Assembly (NCBI RefSeq): GCF_017348835.2
Contig: NZ_CP071375.1
Reading direction: 5' to 3' (one strand)
Length of the DNA stretch: 64,000 bases
Source of the DNA: Escherichia coli
GTDB lineage: Bacteria; Pseudomonadota; Gammaproteobacteria; Enterobacterales; Enterobacteriaceae
The translations under genes were made by a program, and so were the position numbers. Below the pieces are notes generated by a model that worked only from the letters and a program-made list of their open reading frames with translations, made no database searches and had not been told where the DNA came from. Shown in pieces: positions 1-11,175 of the stretch (within the stretch, counting starts at the first letter, position 1; the number at the start of each line of letters is the position of its first letter).

Positions 1-135
1 CATGTACTGGTCATATTGAAAACCGTGATAAGAACTGCTCTTACGACTACCTGCTGCACCCGGCAATTTCTATTTCTAAAATCATTGGCGGCTGCGGTCC
101 TACTGCACAGTAAGTCTCTGACAGAAATCGGCTAA
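1..135 (+). CDS. 3-prime end of a convergent upstream gene (partial; by synteny possibly the GntR-family regulator frlR)
   Basis: Frame 1 is open from the window edge to TAA at 133-135 and is followed by a hairpin plus T-run; too short for the ORF track; identity not verified. Confidence 0.3.
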   Translation, partial: HVLVILKTVIRTALTTTCCTRQFLFLKSLAAAVLLHSKSLTEIG

Positions 136-153
136 CACCGGTTTAATTGCCCG

Positions 154-190
154 ACGCCCTCGGGATTACCCGAGGGCGTATTTGTTTCTG
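154..190 (+). terminator. Rho-independent terminator-like hairpin (ACGCCCTCGGG-loop-CCGAGGGCGT) followed by T-rich tract
   Basis: Perfect inverted repeat 154-179 then ATTTGTTTCTG. Confidence 0.5.
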
Positions 191-219
191 CATTCTTTTC
201 GAAAACATCATTCACAAGA

Positions 220-1305
220 TTAAATACTCGCAATACTCTCACGCAAAATCCGCAGCACCGTCTCTTCACCGCTGCGATTCGGGTTAATGCGAATCGCACA
301 ATGTTCGAGTTGCGGATTCGCCTGGCGGAATGTTCCGGAAAGACGGTAAAAGAGCGGCGGGATCTCATATTTCGACTCTGCACCGACCGGGTAAGGCAAC
401 GCGCCACGCTTTTGCGCTTCTTCCAGCACCCTGGCGGCAATCGGCTGATGAAACTCCACAATCAATACCTTCGACTGCGCATTGGCAATGACGGCGCTTT
501 TCACTTCCGCCACCGCGCCACCGTTGAGCAAGGCCAGCAACCGTTCAGATACCCCTGCCTGCACCGCGTGCATCACTGGCGCGAACACCAGACCACGCAA
601 GACTTCCAGCGCCTGTGAGCCCTGGATCTGGCTACCGCCGGAGTAAAGCGTGGCGCGAATCCGACTAATAACATCGGCATCGCCTACCACTGCGCCAACG
701 CCCTCTGGCCCAAACAGCTTGAAGCAGGAGAATGTCGAGACATTCGCGCCGCATTCGCAGCCAATTCGCGCCACCTTCATCACCGCATAGTTGTCATCGG
801 TTAACGCTGGAACACCTGCCAGGCGCAACGTTGCCAACACATCTGCCAGCACGTAGCTGTCCTGCGGCTGCTGGCGCGTATGCTGCACCAGCGCCGCATC
901 CGGTAGTTGCTCTTCGACAACCTGCTTCAGTGCCGACAGGTTATTGAAATCAGCTGTAATAAGCGTCAGCCCCATCTGTTCAATAATGACCTGAGTCGTC
1001 GGGTAAACAGGCGCGTCATGCACCAGAAGACGCTGCCCCGGTTTGAGCAAAGCCGCCAACGCCGCACGGATCGCGCCAGTACCCGCGCCCTGTACCAGCG
1101 CCACAGCCTGTGCGTGAAATGCATTAGCCAGCACCTGTTCCACACGCTGGGTAATGCGCGGTTGATTCAGCCCCGGCGTTAAGCCTAAATCACCGCCAGT
1201 AAGAAACTCGCTGCCGGGAAAATGGCGACAAATGCTATCCACCAGCGCAAACTGCTTTTGCTGCGCCTCAATAAGCGTCAGGCTTTGCAGAGGAAACGTC
1301 TTCAT
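220..1305 (-). CDS. yhfS: YhfS, PLP-dependent aminotransferase/lyase-like protein of the cryptic yhf cluster
   Basis: 361-aa ORF, recognised protein sequence and synteny. Confidence 0.85.
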   Translation of the reverse strand: MKTFPLQSLTLIEAQQKQFALVDSICRHFPGSEFLTGGDLGLTPGLNQPRITQRVEQVLANAFHAQAVALVQGAGTGAIRAALAALLKPGQRLLVHDAPVYPTTQVIIEQMGLTLITADFNNLSALKQVVEEQLPDAALVQHTRQQPQDSYVLADVLATLRLAGVPALTDDNYAVMKVARIGCECGANVSTFSCFKLFGPEGVGAVVGDADVISRIRATLYSGGSQIQGSQALEVLRGLVFAPVMHAVQAGVSERLLALLNGGAVAEVKSAVIANAQSKVLIVEFHQPIAARVLEEAQKRGALPYPVGAESKYEIPPLFYRLSGTFRQANPQLEHCAIRINPNRSGEETVLRILRESIASI

Positions 1306-1316
1306 AGGTGCCTTCC

Positions 1317-2621
1317 TTAAGCCGGAACGAACAGGCCAAGCCAGTAAAGAACATTCAGCAGAATACCGGTGATCATTACTGCCACGACCGGTGCCGCCAT
1401 TTTCTGTACCGGACGGCCCAGGGATTCGTTGAGGAAGTAAATGGCAACCGCGATAGAGAATCCGGTATATCCCGCCATTTTAATTGCTGCGAAAATCGAA
1501 CCGACCAGCAGCGCCACTTCCATCAGCATATTCATGGCGTTACGGATGTTATCCGACGCATTACGCACCGACGGGTAGCGTCCCAGCCATTTGCCGATCG
1601 AACGAAGTAACAGGACTTCTGCCGAAATAACCACTGCGCCTAATACCGCCGCAACCATCGGATTCGGCGAGAGATAGCCCACCGCATAAACAAAGGTAAA
1701 GCCCGCAACTGCATATACGCCGGTGGCTAACGCGGTGGTGGCAATCAACGGCACAAAACCCAGTCCGCGCATAAACTCCGCCAGAGCTGCCTGGTTGATC
1801 AGCGTTTGCGATTGTTCCGGCGTTACGCCTGCGGAATACGCTTTCTCCAGGGTGAAGATCGACACTTCGCTACCGGCGAAAATCTTCATGCTGGCAACGG
1901 CGGCAATCAGCGCCCCGACAATAGCGATATACGGTAAGTTTTTGATAATCCGCGACGTGCGTTCTTCAAACACCGAAAGCCCGCTGGCATCGATGTCATT
2001 TTCATCACGATGACGCAGGTCGTGCGTTATCGCGATCCCCAGCAGCATTACCATGCCAATAAAGATTTCGATGGATTCAGGGTTGAGATGTGGGAAATAG
2101 CGCACCACCACTACACGGGTCATCAGTACCACCACGGCGGCGACCAGACTTTGCTTCCAGCCGAACTGGTAAAAAATCGCCACCAACGGGAACAGCGCAA
2201 AAGCAGAAACCACTGGCGAGCTTAATTCCCCCAGACTACCTAATACATCCACCGGCAGTGCGGTCAGCAGCTGGTTTACCGGCAACAGACAGGTGAGGAT
2301 CAACACGCCCCAGATAGCGCCAAGACCAAACGCCATCAGGCTGTTTATCGCCAGTACGCCGAGGATATCGGTAGGAAGAAAGAGTAACCATGCGTTGAGC
2401 AGCCCGGTTTTCAGGGTAAAAGAGATCCCCACCGAGGCCACAAAACCAATGCTCAGACCAAAAGCGATACTCCCCGCCTCGCGACGGTTCATATAGCCTT
2501 CAATCAGTTGCGGCAGGATCGGGCGGATGCCGTCATGAAAAACAGCCGCCGAGCGATGCGCCAGAAGCGATGTCATACCCGTCAGGCACGCCACCACGAT
2601 AATCTGAATATACAGATCCAT
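1317..2621 (-). CDS. yhfT: YhfT, polytopic inner-membrane (transporter-like) protein
   Basis: 434-aa hydrophobic ORF, synteny. Confidence 0.85.
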   Translation of the reverse strand: MDLYIQIIVVACLTGMTSLLAHRSAAVFHDGIRPILPQLIEGYMNRREAGSIAFGLSIGFVASVGISFTLKTGLLNAWLLFLPTDILGVLAINSLMAFGLGAIWGVLILTCLLPVNQLLTALPVDVLGSLGELSSPVVSAFALFPLVAIFYQFGWKQSLVAAVVVLMTRVVVVRYFPHLNPESIEIFIGMVMLLGIAITHDLRHRDENDIDASGLSVFEERTSRIIKNLPYIAIVGALIAAVASMKIFAGSEVSIFTLEKAYSAGVTPEQSQTLINQAALAEFMRGLGFVPLIATTALATGVYAVAGFTFVYAVGYLSPNPMVAAVLGAVVISAEVLLLRSIGKWLGRYPSVRNASDNIRNAMNMLMEVALLVGSIFAAIKMAGYTGFSIAVAIYFLNESLGRPVQKMAAPVVAVMITGILLNVLYWLGLFVPA

Positions 2622-2632
2622 AGTCGTACCTT

Positions 2633-2986
2633 TTATTTCAGATGGTTAATCAGCATCGGAATCGCGTGTTCGACGTGCTCAACGGAAAGGGCAAACGCCA
2701 CTTTTCCTTCAGCGATCATTTTGGCGATATGCTCGTCTTTCGCTTTAATGCCCGGCTTGGCAATAGTGCAACTTTTGTTATAGCCAATCACCGCGATGGC
2801 AATCGACAATGCCGCGCCCGCACCGGTATTACACGCGCCGATGTAATAATCCAGTTGCCCGGATTTCACTTTCATTGCCGCTTCCATGTCGTTGTGAATG
2901 AAAACTTCAAAACAGCCAGGAGCCGTCGCTTCAATAGTTTTTTTAATCTGCTCACGCTGTAAGCCTGCAACGCCAATCTTTTTCAT
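2633..2986 (-). CDS. yhfU: YhfU, small conserved protein of unknown function
   Basis: ORF 2633-3025; start placed at internal Met (MKKIGVAGLQ...) giving 117 aa. Confidence 0.7.
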   Translation of the reverse strand: MKKIGVAGLQREQIKKTIEATAPGCFEVFIHNDMEAAMKVKSGQLDYYIGACNTGAGAALSIAIAVIGYNKSCTIAKPGIKAKDEHIAKMIAEGKVAFALSVEHVEHAIPMLINHLK

Positions 2987-2996
2987 GAGTCTGTCC

Positions 2997-3875
2997 TTAT
3001 TGGAAAAATTGAGAGGGATTTTCACGTAACATCACATCCACATCGGCCTGACTGAATCCTGACTGGCGCAATTGCGGAATAAAGGTGGTTAGTAAATAGT
3101 CATAGCCATAACCACCGTTGGCTTTTAAATGGGAGCGGCGCGTAATATCCATCGACAGCATGACGCGGTTCAGCAACCCACGGTCGCGTAGCGCATGAAG
3201 CATCGCAATACGCTTTTCGTCCGGGTAGTAACTGTTCTTACCAATGGTGTCGAACTGCACGTACGCGCCGAGATCGATCATCTTCAAAATGTTGTCGAGG
3301 TTGTCTTTCAGATCGCAGTGACCAACGGTGACGCGCGAAAGATCAACTCCGTGGGCTTGCAACAAAGCCAGTTGCTCCAGCCCCATCGTGCTGAACGACG
3401 TATGCGTGGAGATCGGGCGTCCGGTCTGGTTATGTGCCAGCGCAGCGGCAATAAATACCTTCTCTTCCAGCGGCGTAATCTTCCCTTCGCTGGAGCCGAT
3501 CTCCGCGATGATCCCGGCTTTCAGTTCCGTGCCATCGATACCCTGCTCAATTTCATCGACCATCTCCTGCGCCAGTTCCTGCACGCTGCGGGTCGCCACA
3601 TGTTCCGGGAAAAACGCGTCCTGGTAATAACCGGTACAGGCCACCACGTTGATCCCCGTCTCGCGCATTACATCGAGCATAAATTGCGCATTGCGCCCCA
3701 TGTAACGGTTGGTCATCTCAATCACATTACGCACGCCCCGGGTCATCAGGTCGTTCATCTCCTGGCAAATGAACGCATACTGATCAAGGCGGCAGTCCAC
3801 GTTGTTTTTAAAGCCGGAAAGATCAATATGCAGATGTTCATGGGCGAAGGTGTAGCCCGTCGGATCAAAACTCAT
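2997..3875 (-). CDS. php: Phosphotriesterase homology protein (amidohydrolase superfamily)
   Basis: 292-aa ORF with metal-binding His motifs ([10 protein letters not shown]-terminus), synteny. Confidence 0.9.
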   Translation of the reverse strand: MSFDPTGYTFAHEHLHIDLSGFKNNVDCRLDQYAFICQEMNDLMTRGVRNVIEMTNRYMGRNAQFMLDVMRETGINVVACTGYYQDAFFPEHVATRSVQELAQEMVDEIEQGIDGTELKAGIIAEIGSSEGKITPLEEKVFIAAALAHNQTGRPISTHTSFSTMGLEQLALLQAHGVDLSRVTVGHCDLKDNLDNILKMIDLGAYVQFDTIGKNSYYPDEKRIAMLHALRDRGLLNRVMLSMDITRRSHLKANGGYGYDYLLTTFIPQLRQSGFSQADVDVMLRENPSQFFQ

Positions 3876-5098
3876 AGGGTGTCTCCTGCAAACCGGAGGG
3901 AGGAAAGAAAAGAGCGACCATTTTGTGGCGGTGGCGCACGGAAAAATTCACACACGGTAGCCCCCACATCAGAAAGCGTGGTGCGCACACCGATCTGCGT
4001 AGTGACCAGCCCTTGCTGATAAACCAGCACTGGCACCACTTCACGGGTATGGTGGCTGTGACCAATGGTCGGATCGTTACCGTGATCCGCCATCACGACC
4101 AGGCAATCATCTGGCTGCATCGCCTCGACAAGCCGGGCAAGATTACGGTCAACGACCTGCAAACGTTCGGCATAACGTGCGACGTCTTCTGCGTGACCAG
4201 CGAGGTCGGTTTCCTGAATGTTGGTGCAAATAAACGCTGTCTGATGGGTGATAAATTCGTCGAGGGTGATATCCATAATCCGCTGGCTATCCACCAGATT
4301 TTGCCAGCTCACGCCATAAGGATTGTTGACGATATCTGCCACCTTGCCCACCAGCACGGTTGGCACGCCTGCTTCATACAGTTTTTGTGGCACCTGCACT
4401 TTTTCATCGACGCCATAGCCCATATGCACGACCTGGAAACCGTTGTCATAAGCGCCAGAACGCGGCGCATTAATACCAATAAAGCGCCCTTCTTTGCTTT
4501 CTGCGGCATCGAGAATGCGTTGACTGTCGGGTAACAAGCCGCCAAATGTAATGACCCGACCGACCTGTACCTGCTCACGCACAATACGACCAATTTTGAT
4601 TGCGTCGTCAAAAGAGATCACAGAGAGATTGGCGGTGATGTTATAGACCTGGCCTAAATCCGCCTCGAGATTATCGCCAATCGCAACCGCCTGATTGACC
4701 CACAGAAATTGCAGTTCATCGCCACGGCGCTCCACCTGCCAACCGGCGGAAACTAATGCCTGCTCAACACGGTCAATCACATCGCGAAAGGGCATCCGCA
4801 GCGGCGGTAACGGGCGCGTGCCTAAAATTTCCTGATGCCCCATAAAGGTATCGCCACCTTCATGTTGCAGCTCTGCCACGCCCCAGGTTGCGGAGTCTGA
4901 CGGCTGCATATCGCCTGGCGCATAACCCAATGCGTTGATTAGCCCCAGCTTCTCCAGCGTTGGTAGCTGCAAATGCGGCAACTGGCTCAGGATGTGACCA
5001 CAGGTATTCGCCCCGGCATCCTGCGGACGCACCAGCGTGACATCTTTCATTGCGCCTACGCCAAAGCTATCAATCACTAACACCACAAATCGCGCCAT
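3872..5098 (-). CDS. yhfW: YhfW, phosphopentomutase-like metalloenzyme-superfamily mutase
   Basis: 408-aa ORF, 4-bp overlap with php start, synteny. Confidence 0.85.
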   Translation of the reverse strand: MARFVVLVIDSFGVGAMKDVTLVRPQDAGANTCGHILSQLPHLQLPTLEKLGLINALGYAPGDMQPSDSATWGVAELQHEGGDTFMGHQEILGTRPLPPLRMPFRDVIDRVEQALVSAGWQVERRGDELQFLWVNQAVAIGDNLEADLGQVYNITANLSVISFDDAIKIGRIVREQVQVGRVITFGGLLPDSQRILDAAESKEGRFIGINAPRSGAYDNGFQVVHMGYGVDEKVQVPQKLYEAGVPTVLVGKVADIVNNPYGVSWQNLVDSQRIMDITLDEFITHQTAFICTNIQETDLAGHAEDVARYAERLQVVDRNLARLVEAMQPDDCLVVMADHGNDPTIGHSHHTREVVPVLVYQQGLVTTQIGVRTTLSDVGATVCEFFRAPPPQNGRSFLSSLRFAGDTL

Positions 5099-6262
5099 TT
5101 ACGCCTCCAGAGGGTTGCCGAGACTGTCATAACGACCAACGATTTTCGGTTCGCCACGGTGAATACCGGACACCAGCACCACATCGCTACGGGTGACAAA
5201 AATCTGCGTGCGGAAACAGAGCACCACTGCACTGCTTACCGGAAACTCGCCTGCCAGCGACAGGGTGTAGTCGATACTGCTGTCATCCACAGTTTTGAGA
5301 TTGGTTTCAGTAATCTTTTGATTTTCTGACGTAAACACCAGCGCATGTTGCGCATGACCACGACGGTAGTAACCGCCGCCGTAGCAGTAGCTGTCGCCAC
5401 GGAAATGATGGGAGATTTCACTTAACCAGAGCATCGCGATACGTTCAGGCTGATCGCCCTGCTGGTTTGCCGGAATAGTACCGGTCAGCGCATGACCGGG
5501 TTCGGCATGAGTCGCACCGTATTCCGCCAGCAATGGCAGCGAAGTGCAGCTGGTCGCTGAAGGCGCGTTCAGTTGCTCAATCGCAATACCAGATTTCGCC
5601 AGTTGATCCCGTGCTTGTACCAGCGTGTGAAGATTCGGTGTTGGCAAAACTTTCCCGGCAGCCTCATCCCAAAGCAGGCAAGGGAAATGGGTTAGTCCGG
5701 CTAAATGCAGCCCCGGCAGTTTCTTAATTTCAGCAACCACCTCGTGCAGCGAATGCTGTACAAAACCGCTCTCCTGCCCCGGATAAAGAAAATCATCGTC
5801 GCTATAAACTTTGAGCAGCACAGACTGGATTCGCCCGGCCTTCACCGCCGCCGCAGAAACTTCCCGCGCTTTGTCGAGAGTAAACACGGTGATGACGTCG
5901 GTGCCCTGTTCAACGGCGTCAGCAACCTGATGACAAGGGATTTGTACCAGATGCCCCTGATGCGCCACCGGCAAACCAGCGCGGCGCATGACTCGCGCCT
6001 CTTTGTAATCCACCGCCACAATGCCGCTGTAGCCCAATGCCAGCAGTTTTTCCGCCAGCCATGGGTTACGACCGAATTGTTTGGTCATCAGATACAGTTC
6101 AATGCCGTAAAGCCGCGCCGTCTCAATCAGCCGCTTACCGTTTTCCAGTATCTGATCCACGTCGATCACCCAGCTGTCCGGGGCGATCTTGCCCTGCTGC
6201 CACAGGCTTAGTGCGGCGGAAATCAGCGCCGGGTTCTGGCGTTTCAATGCTTCTACAAACAT
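5099..6262 (-). CDS. yhfX: YhfX, alanine-racemase-like PLP-binding barrel protein
   Basis: 387-aa ORF abutting yhfW. Confidence 0.8.
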   Translation of the reverse strand: MFVEALKRQNPALISAALSLWQQGKIAPDSWVIDVDQILENGKRLIETARLYGIELYLMTKQFGRNPWLAEKLLALGYSGIVAVDYKEARVMRRAGLPVAHQGHLVQIPCHQVADAVEQGTDVITVFTLDKAREVSAAAVKAGRIQSVLLKVYSDDDFLYPGQESGFVQHSLHEVVAEIKKLPGLHLAGLTHFPCLLWDEAAGKVLPTPNLHTLVQARDQLAKSGIAIEQLNAPSATSCTSLPLLAEYGATHAEPGHALTGTIPANQQGDQPERIAMLWLSEISHHFRGDSYCYGGGYYRRGHAQHALVFTSENQKITETNLKTVDDSSIDYTLSLAGEFPVSSAVVLCFRTQIFVTRSDVVLVSGIHRGEPKIVGRYDSLGNPLEA

Positions 6263-6345
6263 CTTGTTGCCTCGTTTCTGTTCCTTGAATTAAATATTCA
6301 TTTTTTTGAATATTTAGGTTGTGCGACGTGGATTTGTCGGGAGCT

Positions 6346-6708
6346 TCAAACCTCTTCGTTAGCAGCCATCCATAATCCATAAAGGTTGGCCAGCAAATAG
6401 CCTTCTTCACACGGGTTAACTTCCAGTGCGAATTCCTTCAACAACACCTGATGCAATTGCACAATGGCTTGCCAGTGGCTGGATTGCGCCAGCTCTGCCA
6501 GCAACTCGTTATCCAGTGGCTCAATTTCTTCACCACGGCGACTGCGCATCAGTGCACTCGCCATATGTGTCATCGCCATCGTTCCTTGCTCACTGCGCAC
6601 CGGCAGATGGCACTCTGTTTCCAGTACCTTGACGACCTGCATCATGCCTTTGCAGATGTCCTTATCAATAACGCCTGCATCGCAAAGCAGGTTGAGTCTG
6701 GTTTCCAT
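6346..6708 (-). CDS. yhfY: YhfY, small conserved protein
   Basis: ORF 6346-6750; start placed at internal Met (METRLNLL...) giving 120 aa. Confidence 0.7.
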   Translation of the reverse strand: METRLNLLCDAGVIDKDICKGMMQVVKVLETECHLPVRSEQGTMAMTHMASALMRSRRGEEIEPLDNELLAELAQSSHWQAIVQLHQVLLKEFALEVNPCEEGYLLANLYGLWMAANEEV

Positions 6709-6724
6709 ATCAGATGCCTTTCGT

Positions 6725-7630
6725 TTAATAACTCGGTTCCTGTTCCCCACTCACCACCCGTTGTTGATGGGCGAGCAGGGCGTGTTTATCTACAACGGCA
6801 CGCAGCAGTTGTTGCATTGGGTAATCATCGACTCGCGTCAGGACCACGGCTTCGGTGGCCTGTAAAAATCGCGGATCGTCTGTGAGCGGCGTCGCCTCTA
6901 ATCCCAGCATGGTCAGTTCGTTTTCCGCCACCACGTTCCAGATAACCGCATCAACATCGCCTTTAACAATGCGTTGTAAACTCTCGTGATAAGAGAGATC
7001 GACTCGTTCCACATCACTACCGCCAAAAAAGACATCAGTCATGATTTTCTGATCCGCCGAACGGTTATCCAGCCCCACGCGCTTCACGTTTGCGGACTCG
7101 CCTTTACGGCAAATCAACTGGTGCTCTCCAACGTAGGTGTGCGGCCCCAACTCCAGCGCGAGGCATAACCCTTTTTGCGTGAGATAACTTTCCGCCGCCA
7201 GTCGGGAAACCACCGCCATGTCATACACGCCGTTAAGTAAACACTCCACGCGAATATCCGCGCCGCGCATATGCGCATAGTAAAAAGGAATGCCATCAAA
7301 CTGGGCTTTCAATCCGCTCGCTAAACCTTCGTACAAGCGGGTATAGGGCAAAGGCATCGCACATACCACGTTGTTAATATCCACATGACTCAGCAATGCT
7401 TTGTTATCCATCTCGACCAGATAACTGCCATTGCGCCCACGGCGTTCAATCCGTATCGCTCCGCTTGATTCCAGCGTTTTCAACGCGGCCTGCGTCAGGC
7501 CAACGGATGAACGGCATTCAGTTGCCAGCTCATCTATGGTTTTCAACCTATTACCGCATTTTTCACCCAACAAATAACGGGCCAGCGTCGTGATAACGAC
7601 GCCTTCTTTTTTGATAAACGTTCGACGCAT
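6725..7630 (-). CDS. yhfZ: YhfZ, putative transcriptional regulator heading the yhf cluster
   Basis: 301-aa ORF, synteny. Confidence 0.8.
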   Translation of the reverse strand: MRRTFIKKEGVVITTLARYLLGEKCGNRLKTIDELATECRSSVGLTQAALKTLESSGAIRIERRGRNGSYLVEMDNKALLSHVDINNVVCAMPLPYTRLYEGLASGLKAQFDGIPFYYAHMRGADIRVECLLNGVYDMAVVSRLAAESYLTQKGLCLALELGPHTYVGEHQLICRKGESANVKRVGLDNRSADQKIMTDVFFGGSDVERVDLSYHESLQRIVKGDVDAVIWNVVAENELTMLGLEATPLTDDPRFLQATEAVVLTRVDDYPMQQLLRAVVDKHALLAHQQRVVSGEQEPSY

Positions 7631-7748
7631 AATAAATTTTCAGTAAATTGAATATTTATATCTTCAGGAATTTGAAGATAAGGCGCAACAGCGAGATGTG
7701 GAAACGGCGAGGCACTTCACATTTTTTCGGATTATTGCAAATGAGGAT

Positions 7749-7778
7749 AAAAAAACCGGGTTTCCCCGGTTTTTGGCA
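7749..7778 (-). terminator. Rho-independent terminator downstream of trpS
   Basis: AAAAAACCGGG-TTTC-CCCGGTTTTT hairpin with flanking A/T runs (bidirectional shape). Confidence 0.65.
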
Positions 7779-7789
7779 TTAATGTTAAA

Positions 7790-8794
7790 TTACGGCTTCG
7801 CCACAAAACCAATCGCTTCGTACACCGCTTTTAGCGTACGGGAAGCGTGCGCGCTGGCTTTTTCTGCGCCGTCTTTCATCACCTGTTGCAGGAAGGCTTC
7901 ATCGTTGCGGAAACGGTGGTAACGTTCCTGCAATTCAGTCAGCATACCGGAAACGGCATCAGCCACTTCACCTTTCAGATGACCATACATCTTGCCTTCG
8001 AACTGTTTTTCCAGTTCCGGGATACTCTGGCCCGTTACCGCAGAAAGGATATCCAGCAGGTTGGAAACGCCCGCTTTGTTCTGCACATCGTAGCGAACTA
8101 CCGGCGGCTCGTCGGAGTCGGTGACCGCGCGTTTGATTTTCTTCACTACCGATTTCGGATCTTCCAGCAGGCCAATAACGTTATTGCGGTTATCGTCAGA
8201 CTTGGACATCTTCTTGGTCGGCTCCAGCAGCGACATTACGCGCGCGCCGGATTTCGGAATAAACGGCTCCGGCACCTTAAAGATATCGCCGTACAGCGCG
8301 TTGAAACGCTGGGCGATATCACGGCTCAGTTCGAGGTGCTGTTTCTGGTCTTCACCCACCGGTACCAGATTAGTTTGATACAGCAGGATGTCCGCTGCCA
8401 TCAGCACCGGATAGTCAAACAGACCAGCGTTGATGTTCTCGGCATAACGCGCAGATTTATCTTTAAACTGCGTCATGCGGCTCAGTTCGCCGAAGTAGGT
8501 ATAGCAGTTCAGTGCCCAGCCTAACTGCGCATGTTCCGGTACGTGGGACTGAACAAAAATGGTGCTTTTCTCAGGATCGATACCACAAGCCAGATACAAG
8601 GCCAGCGTATCCAGCGTCGCTTTACGCAGCTTCTGTGCATCCTGGCGCACGGTGATCGCGTGTTGGTCAACGATACAGTAAATGCAATGGTAGTCATCCT
8701 GCATGTTTACCCACTGACGCAGCGCACCCATGTAGTTACCAATGGTCAATTCACCTGAGGGCTGTGCGCCACTAAAAACGATGGGCTTAGTCAT
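7790..8794 (-). CDS. trpS: Tryptophanyl-tRNA synthetase
   Basis: 334-aa ORF, class I aaRS motifs (TIGNYMG HIGH-like, KMSKS), synteny. Confidence 0.95.
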   Translation of the reverse strand: MTKPIVFSGAQPSGELTIGNYMGALRQWVNMQDDYHCIYCIVDQHAITVRQDAQKLRKATLDTLALYLACGIDPEKSTIFVQSHVPEHAQLGWALNCYTYFGELSRMTQFKDKSARYAENINAGLFDYPVLMAADILLYQTNLVPVGEDQKQHLELSRDIAQRFNALYGDIFKVPEPFIPKSGARVMSLLEPTKKMSKSDDNRNNVIGLLEDPKSVVKKIKRAVTDSDEPPVVRYDVQNKAGVSNLLDILSAVTGQSIPELEKQFEGKMYGHLKGEVADAVSGMLTELQERYHRFRNDEAFLQQVMKDGAEKASAHASRTLKAVYEAIGFVAKP

Positions 8795-9545
8795 TTTTCG
8801 ATTCCTGATTTTCGCTATGCGGAAGCCCTAATGCGGGCAGAAGGTCATTTATAGACTGATAAATTACATCAGGCTGGCTGAGATCGATAGCCTCGCCGTA
8901 GTTATATCCGTAGGTTAAGCCAACTGATGGACAACCTGCCGCTTTTGCTGCCTGAATATCATTGCGTGAGTCGCCAACAAACAGCATCTGTTGTGGGGCA
9001 ATGCCCATCCGCTCAGCCACCAGTAACAGCGGGTCCGGATGCGGTTTTTTGTTTTGCACATCATCACCACCAATCACCACGCTGAAGTATTTGGCGATAT
9101 CTAAGGCTTCGAGCAGCGGCGCGACGAACGGCGTCGGTTTGTTGGTGACCAGGCCTAGCGGCAGGCCTTTAGCCTGCAACGCGCCCAACGTATCGGCAAC
9201 GTGCGGGAACAAAAACGTCCCCTCTTCGGCAACCTCGCCATAATAGCGATCGAACAGTTTACGCAGAATACGTACCTGTTCTTCTGCCGGAATGTCGTCA
9301 TCAACGGGCGGTTTACCCATTGTTTTACGCAGAGTCGCACGTTCCTGACGCGCCCAGGTCAATGCGCGCTCCATCAGAACATCTGCGCCGTTACCAATCC
9401 AGGTAATAACACGTTCTTCACCTGCAACGGGCAACTCCAGCGCATACAGCGCCATATCTACCGCAGCAGCAAGACCGGGAGCACTGTCCACCAGCGTACC
9501 GTCGAGATCAAAAGCGACGCCGCGAATATCTTCAAACTTACTCAT
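8787..9545 (-). CDS. gph: Phosphoglycolate phosphatase (HAD family)
   Basis: 252-aa ORF with HAD motif ([10 protein letters not shown]), 8-bp overlap with trpS. Confidence 0.95.
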   Translation of the reverse strand: MSKFEDIRGVAFDLDGTLVDSAPGLAAAVDMALYALELPVAGEERVITWIGNGADVLMERALTWARQERATLRKTMGKPPVDDDIPAEEQVRILRKLFDRYYGEVAEEGTFLFPHVADTLGALQAKGLPLGLVTNKPTPFVAPLLEALDIAKYFSVVIGGDDVQNKKPHPDPLLLVAERMGIAPQQMLFVGDSRNDIQAAKAAGCPSVGLTYGYNYGEAIDLSQPDVIYQSINDLLPALGLPHSENQESKND

Positions 9546-10215
9546 GACTTACCTTTGCCAGTTCACTGCGCATTTCATCAATGACTTTTTTGTAGTCTGG
9601 CTGGTCGAAGATTGCCGAACCGGCGACGAACATATCCGCGCCCGCCGCGGCGATTGCGCCAATGTTGTTCACCTTCACGCCACCGTCCACTTCCAGACGA
9701 ATGTCAAAGCCAGACTCGTCGATACGACGACGTACTTCGCGCAGTTTATCCAGTGTTTGAGGAATGAAAGACTGACCGCCGAAACCAGGGTTGACGGACA
9801 TCAGCAGGATCACATCCAGCTTATCCATCACGTAATCCAGATAGCTCAGCGGTGTCGCCGGGTTAAATACCAGACCCGCTTTACAGCCATTTTCTTTAAT
9901 CAGTTGCAGCGTGCGGTCAACATGCTCGGAGGCTTCTGGATGAAAGGTAATGATGCTGGCACCAGCGGCAGCGAAATCAGGCACAATGCGATCGACGGGT
10001 TTCACCATCAGATGTACGTCGATAGGGGCGGTAATGCCATAGTTACGCAAGGATTTCAGCACCATTGGCCCAATCGTCAGATTGGGAACATAGTGGTTAT
10101 CCATGACGTCAAAATGCACGACATCAGCGCCAGCTGCCAGGGCTTTTGCGGTATCTTCACCCAGGCGGGCAAAATCAGCCGACAGAATTGAGGGGGCAAT
10201 CAAATACTGTTTCAT
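9538..10215 (-). CDS. rpe: Ribulose-phosphate 3-epimerase
   Basis: 225-aa ORF, synteny. Confidence 0.95.
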   Translation of the reverse strand: MKQYLIAPSILSADFARLGEDTAKALAAGADVVHFDVMDNHYVPNLTIGPMVLKSLRNYGITAPIDVHLMVKPVDRIVPDFAAAGASIITFHPEASEHVDRTLQLIKENGCKAGLVFNPATPLSYLDYVMDKLDVILLMSVNPGFGGQSFIPQTLDKLREVRRRIDESGFDIRLEVDGGVKVNNIGAIAAAGADMFVAGSAIFDQPDYKKVIDEMRSELAKVSHE

Positions 10216-10232
10216 CCGCTTCTCCTTGAGAA

Positions 10233-11069
10233 TTATTTTTTCGCGGGTGAAACGACTCCTGGTTTGTACAAAGCCAGCAGTTCGTCCACCTTTTTACGTG
10301 TGCCGCCGTTGCTGCTTATACTGCGTCGAACTTTGACGACATGCAATTTTGCGCGCTGATACCACTCACGCGTTAACATCGTATCGTGATTGGAGATCAG
10401 CACAGGAATATGGCGATCAACCAGACCTTCGGCGATCTCCGCCAGATGCGCTTGTTGTTCAAGCGTAAAACTGTTTGTGTGATACGCCGTAAAGTTGGCG
10501 GTCGCAGACAGCGGTGCATAAGGCGGATCGCAATAGACGACAGATGCATCATCTGCGCGCGCCATGCTATCGGCGTAAGACTCACAATAGAAAAAGGCAT
10601 TCTGCGCTTTTTCAGCGAAGTGATACAACTCTGCTTCCGGGAAATAGGGTTTTTTGTAGCGGCCAAACGGCACATTAAACTCACCGCGCAGATTGTAACG
10701 ACACAGGCCGTTGTAACCGTAGCGGTTCAAATATAAAAACAGTACCGCCCGACGGAACGGATCCTGGCTTTTGTTGAACTCTTCGCGGAACTGATAGTAA
10801 ACCTCGGCGCAATTTGTTTCGGGAACAAACAGCTCGCGTGCGGCCTGTACGTACTCATCAGTACGCATCTTCACAATGTTATAGAGACTGATCAGGTCGC
10901 TATTGATATCGGCAAGGATATAACGAGAAAAGTCGGTGTTGAGAAACACCGACCCGGCACCTACAAAAGGCTCAACCAGACATTCGCCCTTGGGCAAATG
11001 CCGTTTAATATCATCAAGCAGGGGATACTTGCCCCCTGCCCACTTCAAAAAAGCGCGATTTTTCTTCAT
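10233..11069 (-). CDS. dam: DNA adenine methyltransferase (GATC)
   Basis: 278-aa ORF with DPPY catalytic motif. Confidence 0.95.
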   Translation of the reverse strand: MKKNRAFLKWAGGKYPLLDDIKRHLPKGECLVEPFVGAGSVFLNTDFSRYILADINSDLISLYNIVKMRTDEYVQAARELFVPETNCAEVYYQFREEFNKSQDPFRRAVLFLYLNRYGYNGLCRYNLRGEFNVPFGRYKKPYFPEAELYHFAEKAQNAFFYCESYADSMARADDASVVYCDPPYAPLSATANFTAYHTNSFTLEQQAHLAEIAEGLVDRHIPVLISNHDTMLTREWYQRAKLHVVKVRRSISSNGGTRKKVDELLALYKPGVVSPAKK

Positions 11070-11175
11070 GCTGACTAACTAATTACACCTTCTCCGGCTG
11101 TGGAGAAAGCTCCGACAGCATCCAGCGCTTCAGGCAACTCCCGCAACGATAAACCATTGCGGGAGATAACCTTGA

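Noticed and set aside
3195-4019. 274-aa + strand ORF
   Set aside because: Lies entirely antisense to php/yhfW, which have strong coding support; typical shadow ORF of a GC-rich gene
7698-7922. 74-aa ORF between yhfZ and trpS
   Set aside because: Spans the trpS terminator hairpin and the 3-prime end of trpS on the opposite strand; no coding signal
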